64,000 nt of DNA from Macrostomum hystrix. Lineage: Eukaryota; Animalia; Platyhelminthes. The position numbers were made by a program, and so were the translations under genes. Location: the NCBI GenBank assembly GCA_950097015.1, contig CATNEN010000014.1, forward strand, positions 992,001 through 1,056,000, written 5' to 3'. A model generated the notes under the pieces. That model was not told the DNA's origin. It ran no database searches and worked only from the letters and a program-made list of their open reading frames with translations. Below are positions 38,317 through 48,700 of the stretch, one piece after another. How positions within the stretch are numbered: position 1 is the first letter of the stretch; each line of letters opens with the position of its first letter.

Positions 38317-39481
38317 AATACCCAGTCTCGTGGAAACTGAAACTACTCAGAGAAAGCAGAGGTGACGTCAGTCTCAGATTTGGGCTCAACAACAGGAAGC
38401 TTCGTTGGCGGCTCCCCATCACAATGGCCTTCAAGAGTTTTTGGTGCTCAAACTCCGTACTCAAAGCTCAATCAGTCGCTGAGATTTGCGAGCACCTGCC
38501 GGGACCTGAAGCAACAGACGGGCTGTGAGGTGATGTTTTTGGCTCGGTGGAAATTGAACTAATTGTGAGCAGGCCGCGGTGCCTCCGGGGTATGAAGGAG
38601 GCTGTGATGAGCTCGGCAAAAAATCGAAGCAACACAAACAGGATTTTTCATCAGTCTCAGGGGCTGAGTAAACTGGCAGCCTTTGTGCAGCTCCCACCGA
38701 TCTGGCGCACCCGCGGGCCATCAGGCTCGTCGGCTCGCGCTGCTTTCATCGCCCGAAAGCTGTGAGCCGCAGCGCCGCCAGTCTCTCAGATCATTTTCCT
38801 CTTTTATTTCCCTGCCCCTTCTCGTCAAAAGCACCGAGGGAGGGACCCTGACTCGCCCGGTTAAGTGGCTTCATCAGCGGGCTCCTTGCCTATGGAATGC
38901 CCAGCTCCGCCTTTGTGTTGAAATGCCCGAAGGCTGCTGCGAAGCCTCTCGCTGAGCGGCGCCTCTGGCCGCGCCGGGCAGTCGAAACTCGGTCAGGGCG
39001 ACTCATTCTTAGAAATCTCGCTGCTTCTTGCGGAGTTTTTGGGTTCCTAAAATTCACAAAATTGGAAAGCAACGATCTGATTTTTATCATTCGTTTTTCT
39101 GAAGCTAGGGCAATTTACCGATTTAAAGTTCCGAGCAAATTGGCATAGAAAGCTTTTGATACCCCACCAATTAGTAGTATGGTGCGAAGTTAATCTTGGA
39201 AACGCAAAACAGCTCTTCCAATGAATTATTTTCCGTTTAAACTAAAGACTTCTGCTAACTATAGTCGTATAAAGAGTTCCTTGATTTGCTAAGTGTTTTT
39301 CTCTTGCGAGAGCACGCATCTCAACCAACTGTCTATGGCCGAAAGTAACTGCTCGCGTGGAAATCGAGCGGGCCATTCGCGGGCTCACTTCACAACTAAA
39401 TTAGCGGCCAATTAGAAAGTGCTCTCAGGTATAAAACCGAACCCAAAGAAATCGAGCTTCCTGATCGTCGGGCACCTCGTC

Positions 39482-41984
39482 ATGTCGGCCTGCAGGAATT
39501 ATGCCATATCGGGGCAACGGTGCCGCCTGCTGAGGCCGCGCAGCCACCAAATATTCCACGTGAATCCGGTGTCGCTGAATGTCGAGGTCGAGGTGCGCAT
39601 GCAGGAGGACTGCGGCAGACGGCGAGTGGACCAGCTGGGCCTCCTGGACGCGTCCTACTTCGGCTCTGCTGACCTGCTGCTTCACCGCCAGATCGACTCG
39701 TCCAGCAAATTCGACGTGTTCGCCCTGGACCGCATGGTGGAGCAGCCGATGAACCAGTTCGGCATGTTCCTGTTCGATCGCTGCGGCTTCTTCAAGCGCG
39801 ACGGCCTCTGCATCGACCCGCTGATCTGCGCGTGGCTGCTGCAGCGCACCGCCGGCCTGTACCAGTACCGAAACCCGTACCACAACCAGCTGCACGCCAT
39901 CGATGTCACCCAGGCCTTCTACGTCATGCTGATGCAGCCGGGCATCCAGCGAAAGTTCCACCTAGACCAGCTAGAGGTGTTCACCACCTTACTGGCTGCG
40001 CTGTGTCACGATATCGGGCATCCTGGCTGCACGGCCAAGTACCTCTGCCTATTCAAGCACGAACACTACTTCAAGACCTACAACGACCGATTCTGCCAGC
40101 TGAGAGAGAAGCCAAGTAGGTTTTCCTGGTGGCATTGGTTCTAAGGGACATTGGTTCTAAGGGACATTGGTTCTAAGGGACATTGGTTCTAAGGGACATT
40201 GGTTCTAAGGGACATTGGTTCTAAGGGACATTTGTTCTAAGGGACATTTGTTCTAAGGGACATTGGTTCTAAGGGACATTTGTTCTAAGGGACATTGGTT
40301 CTAAGGGACATTTGTTCTAAGGGACATTGGTTCTAAGGGACATTGGTTCCGAGTGACATTGGTTACGAGTGACATTGGTTCCGAGTGACATTGGTTCCGA
40401 GTGACATTGGTTCCGAGTGACATTGGTTCCGAATGACGCTACCTCCTTACGCAGGTGGCACCATCCAGTTCACTCTGGAGAACCATCACACCCGCATCGG
40501 CTGCTCGCTGCTTCTGGAGTCGGGCCTGATGAAGACGCTCGAACTCACCGAAGAGCAGCGCACGGCCACCGTGCGGCTCATGTCCGACCTCATCAACGCC
40601 ACGGACATGGACCGGCACAAGAGTCTCGTGGAGAAATTCCAGGTGCGAAAATGATGCCTGACTTGTTAGAGATAGAGAATCTCACACGTGGAAGTCGAGA
40701 ATCTCACACCTGAGGTTAGAGATCAGGAATCTCACACCTGAGGTTAGAGATTATGAATCTCACTCTGTTTCATTTTATGGAATTTATGGAGCCGGTAAAT
40801 TTACAGGATATTAGAGATTATGAATCTCACACGTGGAAGTCGAGAATCTCACACCTGAGGTTAGAGATCAGGAATCTCACACCTGGAAGTCGAGAATCTA
40901 ACACCTGAATCCCAGTTCTCAAGCGCTCTGCTGAACCAATCCCCGCCAGGCGGACCTGCTGCTAGCGGAGGAGGCTCAGAGGACGGACAGTAGCAGCAAC
41001 AACTCTCCGAGCCCAAGCCAGATGGGCACGGTGAAGATGGACCTGCTGGAGCTGATGATCAAATGCGCCGACATCGGCAATCCGTTTCGGGACTGGTCGA
41101 TCTGTAGCGCCTGGGCCGACCTGGTGTGCCTGGAGTTCTACAGGCAGGGCGACCTGGAGAATGTCTGCAAGAGGCTGTTTATGAGCCCCGAAGAGCTGGC
41201 TAAACTGCCACCCTTCACAGGTAAATTGGTGGCATAGCTCACAAACCCATATCCAACAGTTTAGCGGCTCACAATCAGCAGGTAAACCCATATCCAACAG
41301 TTTAGCGGCTCACAATCAACAGGTAAACCCATATCCAACAGTTTAGCGGCTCACAATCAGCAGGTAAACCCATATCCAACAGTTTAGCGGCTCACAATCA
41401 ACAGGTAAACCCATATTCAACAGTTTAGCGGCTCACAATCAACAGGTAAACCCATATCCAACAGTTTGGCGGCTCACAATCAACAGGTAAACCCATATTC
41501 AACAGTTTAGCGGCTCACAATCAACAGGTAAACCCATATCCAACAGTTTGGCGGCTCACAATCAACAGGTAAACCCATATCCAACAGTTTAGCGGCTCAC
41601 AATCAACAGGTAAACCCATATCCAACAGTTTAGCGGCTCACAATCAACAGGTAAACTCATAACCAACCCGCTGACATCCCCGCAGGCAGCCTGAGTCGCA
41701 CAGTTGTGGTGCCGAAGGTGCAGGTGGGGTTCATCAGCTTATTCGTGCTGCCGCTGATCCAGGTGTACGCCAAGGTGGAGTCCACCAAGAGCAGCGCCGA
41801 GATTGAGCAGACGGTGGAGCAGAATCTGCGGCTGTGGCGCATGCTGGATCAAATCAGCAAGGAGAAAATCCTGGAGTACCTCGGCCCAGCGGTCAACATG
41901 CTGACTCCCTCGGAGCTCAAGAAAACGGTTCAGCAGTTACTCTGCGTCCACAAGATTCGGCTCACCGTCCGCAGTGCCGACTGA
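39482..41984 (+). CDS. Class I 3',5'-cyclic nucleotide phosphodiesterase, catalytic domain only, loosely PDE4/PDE7-like, 4 exons, about 463 aa
   Basis: Exons 39482-40115, 40455-40642, 40950-41220 and 41686-41984 (1392 nt; phases 1,0,1 are consistent). Motifs NPYHNQLHAIDV, HDIGHPG, LENHH, ATDM, KCADIGNP, EFYRQGD and QVGFI (invariant Gln). The start is uncertain: the frame is open back to 39419 and a possible acceptor (ctctcag, 39428) would allow an upstream exon. Confidence 0.9.
40130..40431. repeat. 16-bp minisatellite CTAAGGGACATTGGTT changing to CCGAGTGACATTGGTT, filling PDE intron 1
   Basis: Directly visible; intron 40116-40454. Confidence 0.95.
40665..40908. repeat. Degenerate 22-28-bp repeat (GAATCTCACACCTG core) filling PDE intron 2
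   Basis: Directly visible; intron 40643-40949. Confidence 0.85.
41242..41658. repeat. 41-bp minisatellite CAGGTAAACCCATATCCAACAGTTTAGCGGCTCACAATCAA filling PDE intron 3
   Basis: About 10 copies; intron 41221-41685. Confidence 0.96.
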
Positions 41985-42913
41985 GTTGAGAAGACTGGAT
42001 CGCAACCCGAGTACTGTGGCCTGATACGATAAATATAATAGATTTTTATGCGCATACTTAATTAATTGAAGTCAATTAACCTATAAAAGTTTAGGAGACT
42101 TATTGTAACAAATAATACCTCTTTAGATACTAGTCAACAGTGAAGCACGCGGCTCGGGGAACCTCTTGCACAGGCAACGAGGTGGGCCGTCCAGCGTGCA
42201 CTGAAAATTGAGCAGTGCGCACTAAAAGGCCGCACTCTCAGGCAATGTACAGTGAGACGGGCCGGGCCCACGCAGTTCTCTTAAACAGATCTTGCCGCCG
42301 CTGGCCAAAACAGAAAGAAAACGGAATTCCCACTTCTCGGCCTGTCCTATCGATTTTAGATTTTTCCGCGCTTCCACAGAAAGCGTTAGTTATGAGCCTA
42401 CTTTACTACTAGTTGACTACTGAATGAAAGCTTTTCTGTCCAAATTGGCAAAACGCAGTAAGGATAGTGTTTCAAAGACAACAAATGCATTTTTGTTTGC
42501 CCCTTCTAAGGTAGGAGAATTTTGAACGCCTTATAAAGCACTCAGCCTTACCAACTGAAGTGAAAACTGGGCCAGAATTATGCACGGCAACGAGATAGCT
42601 GGGTTGGTGGCGAGAAGCGGACACCGGTTTAGCCGGGCAGGAAGCGAGAAGAAAACAGCACAGAGGATTAATTCCCATTCGCCTTGAGCAAACTGCTCAG
42701 CTCAGCGAAAACCAGCCACAGAAAATTAATATTTCATTCTTGAGCAGTGTGGCCACCCAACTATTTGGCATCGCTTGCGTTCCTGATTGAATGACGAGCC
42801 ACAATCAACAGAGCAACGAAGAACAGGTCCCACCCGACCCATTGCGGTCTTCTCCTGGCAAAGTACAGTTGTGCAATTTCCTTTAACATGCTTTACTAAT
42901 ATATCTGGGACTG

Positions 42914-43503
42914 TTGAGCCTGGGGATCTGGGATTGTGGCAGCTCAGCCTGGGGATCAGGGATTGTGGCAGCTCAGCCTGGGGATCAGGGATTGTGGCAG
43001 CTCAGCCTGGGGATCTGGGATTGTGGCAGCTCAGCCTGGGGATCTGGGATTGTGGCAGCTCAGCCTGGGGATCTGGGATTGTGGCAGCTCAGCCTGGGGA
43101 TCTGGGATTGTGGCTGCTCAGCCTGGGGATCCGGGATTGTGGCAGCTCAGCCTGGGGATCAGGGATTGTGGCAGCTCAGCCTGGGGATCAGGGATTGTGG
43201 CAGCTCAGCCTGGGGATCCGGGATTGTGGCTGCTCAGTCTGGGGATCTGGGATTACGGCTGCTCAGTCTGAGGATCAGGGATTGTGGCTGCTCAGTCTGG
43301 GGATCTGGGATTATGGCTGCTCAGTCTGAGGATCAGGGATTGTAGCTGCTCAGCCTGGGGATCTGGGATTGTGGCAGCTCAGCCTGGGGATCCGGCATTG
43401 TGGCTGCTCAGCCTGGGGATCTGGGATTGTGGCTGCACAGTCTGAGGATCTGGGATTGTGGCTGCACAGTCTGAGGATCTGGGATTGTGGCTGGTCAGTC
43501 TGG
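42914..43503. repeat. 29-bp minisatellite CAGCCTGGGGATCTGGGATTGTGGCAGCT
   Basis: About 20 copies, between the convergent PDE and Onecut 3' ends. Confidence 0.95.
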
Positions 43504-43910
43504 GAGCATGGCTACTTATTCTACAATGTTATTAGTATAACTTAAGACAAAAAGTAAGAACTGAGGCGCGATTGTATTAAATGATAGCACATTCAAAGTA
43601 ACTTTAGCTCAATAAGCTGTGGCTATTAATCGTTAGCTAATTTATATGCATATGTATGAGTAATGAGTTTATATTTATGTATAACGATAATTAAAATTAT
43701 ACACTTTACGCGCTGAAATAACAATCTGTGGTTAGTGCTCAGAAAGAGGGAGAATGAGAGCTCTGGTAGGACGCCGTCACTTTAGAAGGAAGCAGAGAAG
43801 GCTCAGTCCCGCTAACAGAGACTCAGTCCGCCAGCGATATTCGGCCTCCCACTTAAAGGGTAGAAAGATAATTTATCCTTTACATACCCTTTACATTACC
43901 CTTTAGATAA

Positions 43911-44300
43911 CAGACAGACAGGCAGACAGACAGGCAGACAGACAGACAGGCAGACAGACAGAGAGACAGGCAGACAGACAGGCAGACAGACAGACAGGCA
44001 GACAGACAGAGAGACAGGCAGACAGACAGGTATACAGACAGGCAGACAGACAGAGAGACAGGCAGAGAGACAGGCAGACAGACAGGCAGATAGACATGCA
44101 GGCAGACAGACAGGCATACAGACAGGCAGACAGACAGGCAGACAGACAGGCAGACAGACAGGCATACAGACAGGCAGATAGACAGACAGAGAGACAGGCA
44201 GTTAGACAAACAGACAGACAGACAGGCAGACAGACAGAGAGACAGGCAGGCAGACAGACAGGCAGACAGACAGGCAGACAGGCAGGCAGAGACAGACAGG
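43911..44300. repeat. Compound (CAGA/CAGG)n microsatellite
   Basis: Directly visible. Confidence 0.95.
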
Positions 44301-45723
44301 CCGCTGGACGGGGCCGAGAATAGAAAGTGCTCAAATGATCACCAAGTCTAACAGGTTAAATAGGCTCGCAACGCGCCGCCAATGGAAGGCAAATTGACTG
44401 TCTGTGGGAGAAACCCGGACTAGAAGGTTGGTCTCGGCTCCGGCAGCCACGAGGAGATTGCAATGCCACGGCAATAAAAGTACATTCTCTAAGCAATACG
44501 CTATGATATTAAAAGTCCTCTGAAGCTGACAGGTAATATATACTGCAGTTTACAGGTGCAAATGACATAACTGATTGAACATGGAACAAGCAACACAGCG
44601 GAGCTGGGAAGAAAACATTTTTTTAAATAAAAAAACTGTAAATCAACAATCCAGGCGAACCCTAAAAGTGCACATTCTGTGATAGTACACGTGCACTATT
44701 AGTCAGGAGACAAACAGAGGGGAAGGGGTGAATAACAAGAGTTACGTCATGCGCCGCCCATTGTGTAGAGTGAAAAGAGGAGTTACAATAGCACTAGCAC
44801 AGAGAAAAGGATATGAGCTGGGGGTTGGTGGAGACCAGATAAATGCACGTAGGGCGCGGATACAGGCGGAGGGAGAGCCAGGGATTAAAGCGAACAACAG
44901 AGTCTTCCTGTGGATAAATTAAGAAATTCGGACACACAACTGCCATTAGTACAGAAGGCTTTGAAATAGTACTAAATTTAATAGAAAATTTCGTTAAATA
45001 AAATGTAAAACCGATAACGGAAAAACAGCTACAACTAACACTAGCGATTTTGTTAATATTAGCATTGCGGATGCAGCTGGTTGCTAATGACAACTAATCC
45101 ACTAAAATCCTGATTAATTACGATATTACAAACTAATAATAGCAAAACACTGTTGCTGCGGCAATCCTAGGATTACCCTTTGGGGATCATGCAAAAACGA
45201 ATAAAACTGGCGAATATAGCTGTAGGTAATTTACAGGGCTGCACAAACTGCACATGCGAGTGTAGAAAGCGTTTCAATTCACAAAATAGGCGAGGGTGGC
45301 TGACTAGAGGCTGGCAATGCTATAACAGACAGCCCGCAGTAGGGCTGGTTCTGTAGAATTTGATCGCTACAATTCACAGTTGCATTATATTGAATAAACA
45401 GAGAGAAAAGGAAAAAAACACGATGAACAGGTGAACAAACATAACAGGTTAACAAGGCCGGCAGACCATCTGATCAGTGTCTATGGCGAAGGTCATGGTA
45501 GTAGCAGCGACACCTGCATCACATATGTACACCTGCGCAATCTGCCAGCCAATTAAAACTGGGCACTGAACAGAACCAAAAAACAACACGGCATAAAACA
45601 GATAAAATCCCAAACAAAGGAAGAACTTATAATTGAATCCAGTAAAACGCCCCACTGGCACATTGAAGAGGCCAAGTGGCTGGTGATGCTTAATGCATCA
45701 CAGGCCCTGGCCCTCTTAACTCC

Positions 45724-48700
45724 CTAAAGGCCGGGCATGGACGAGTGGGCCGGGTGCATCAGTAGGGAGGCCTGCAGCAGGTGGCTGGCGGTCAGCAGGC
45801 TGGAGCTGGACTCCGGCGAGCCCAGGCCGCCGTTGCCGCCGCCGGGCACAGCGGAGTTGGCGCTGTTCTCGTCGTTGTCATCGGAACCCGGCTCGGATTG
45901 GCGATCGTCGAACAAAGAATCCGAGGAGCCGGGCGCCGTCATAAGGCCGGCATCGTCGGCGTCGACATCGACAGGCCGGGCGGCGGCCGCGGCGGCGTCG
46001 GCTTTGTCGTCCTCTTGCCATTTCTCTAGGGAACGCCGGCGCGCGTTCATGAAGAAATTGGCCACGGTGGACACCTCCAGGCACAGCTGCTGGGCGATGG
46101 TGGCCTGCATCTCCTTGCTGGGCCGTTTCGTCTCTTTAAAGATCGCATGCAGGGTCCGTCGCTGGATGTCCGTGAACACCAGCCGCGGCTTCTTGACAGG
46201 CGAGCGACCGCAACTGCCGCCGGCGCCGCCGAAGCCGCAGTCTGAGGAGAACAGCAGCGCAGCGGCGCCTGCCGAGTTCGCGGACGACGCCGCTAACACT
46301 GCGGGAGCCGCCACAGGAGCAGCTGAAGCAGGCAGCCCTGCGCCATCAGCAGTAGCGACGGCGGCTGCTGCAGTTCCGACGGTCGGTGAAGAAGACAAGA
46401 AGTCGGACAGATCCTCGGGTTCCTTTCGCTTGCAGGCTGCAGAACGGATTGGTTGGATGGCGCATTGTTAAGCATATGCTTGCATGCTGAGTAAAAACTG
46501 CTGCTTCAGCACTCACCAACGCGAGCTCCGACAGTCCTGTCGGAGGCGGAATCTTCCTTGGCAGTGAAGGCCTCTGAAATTAGTAAATAATCCGTGTTAA
46601 CAAGTGCCACTCAAAAAGCGATGGCTTATTCTATTTGATTTTTGGATTCATGAACCAAGAGCTGATTGACTTCAGTGACTTTTTAAGCTGTCCATCCCAC
46701 TTTCCAAGTCCTTCCCAATGCCACCCAGTCCTTCCCAATGCCACCCAGTCCTTCCCAATGCCACCCAGTCCTTCCCAATGCCACCCAGTCCTTCCCAATA
46801 CCACCCAGTCCTTCCCAATGCCACCCGGTCCTTCCCAATGCCACCCAGTCCTTCCCAATGCCATCCAGTCCACCCTAATGCCACCCAGTCCTTCCCAATG
46901 CCACCCAGTCCTTCCCAATGCCACCCAGTCCTTCCCAATGCCATCCAGTCCTTACCAATGCCACCCAGTCCTTCCCAATGCCACCCAGTCCTTACCAATG
47001 CCATCCAGTCCTTACCAATGCCATCCAGTCCTTACCAATGCCACCCAGTCCTTCCCAATGCCATCCAGTCCACCCTAATGCCACCCAGTCCTTCCGAATG
47101 CCATCCCGTCCCTTTCAATGTCATCCCGATCCAACACAGCCCGTCAAGGGCAGCCAGCAAGACAAAGATTCCGCATCCATCTCACACATTAGGCTGGCAA
47201 CAAGATATCCGACAAGATCGAAGATTAGGACAAATAAATGCAACAGAGAGGGAATGAGAAAGAACCTTTGCAAAAAATATCATCAACGCGACACAGCACC
47301 GAAGCCCATTAACATTTCGCATGGTCATCAAGGGGGCCAGGTAGGCAATTAGCCCGGGCGACAGTAGGTTAGATAAGAACAAACGGGAATCCTCATTTCG
47401 ATACGCCAAGTCCGAAGCCAAGGATCAGCTCGCATGACAGGCTTGGAGCGAAGAGAAGTCGGAACCGGGCCACGCCTTGGCACTGGGCTAAACAATGACC
47501 GAAGCGGTCAACAGGGCGTAGCTTCGGAGCGCAAACTTAAACATTGCAAACAGACTTAAGCAGCGGCCAGAATAGGCATTTTTTACTTGCAGAAAAAACA
47601 TTAGACAAAGGGATCCCGTGCAATAAGCGGAGGCAACTGAAGGACTGGGAATGGATTAGAACAGGCAACTGAATGACTGGGAATGGATTAGAATAGGCAA
47701 CTGAATGACTGGGAATGGATTAGAACAGGCAACTGAATGACTGGGAATGGATTAGAATAGGCAACTGAAGGACTGGGAATGGATTAGAATAGGCAACTGA
47801 ATGACTGGGAATGGATTAGAATAGGCAACTGAAGGACTGGGAATGGATTAGAATAGGCAACTGAAGGACTGGGAATGGATTAGAATAGGCAACTGAAGGA
47901 CTGGGAATGGATTAGAATAGGCAACTGAAGGACTGGGAATGGATTAGAATAGGCAACTGAAGGACTGGGAATGGATTAGAATAGGCAACTGAAGGACTGG
48001 GAATGGATTAGAATAGGCAACTGAAGGACTGGGAATGGATTAGAATAAGCAACTGAATGACTGGGAATGGATTAGAATAGGCAACTGAAGGACTGGAAAT
48101 GGAATAGAATAGGCAAATGAAGGACTAGGAATGGATTAGAATAGGCAACTGAAGGACTAGGAATGGATTAGAATAGGCAACTGAATGACTGGGAAGGGAT
48201 TAGCGGAGGCAACTGAAGGACTGGGAAGGGATTAGAATAGGCAACTGAATGACTGGGAATGGATTAGAATAGGCAACTGAATGACTGGGAATGGATTAGA
48301 ATAGGCAACTGAAGGACTGGGAATGGATTAGAATAGGCAACTGAAGGACTGGGAAGGGATTAAAATAGGCAACTGAATGACTGGGAATGGATTAGAATAG
48401 GCAACTGAATGACTGGGAATGGATTAGAACAGGCAACTGAATGACTGGGAATGGATTAGAATAGGCAACTGAAGGACTGGGAATGGATTAGAATAGGCAA
48501 CTGAAGGACTGGGAATGGATTAGAATAGGCAACTGAAGGACTGGGAATGGATTAGAATAGGCAACTGAAGGACTGGGAATGGATTAGAATAGGCAACTGA
48601 AGGACTGGGAATGGATTAGAATAGGCAACTGAATGACTGGGAATGGATTAGAATAGGCAACTGAAGGACTGGGAATGGATTAGAATAGGCAACTGAATGA

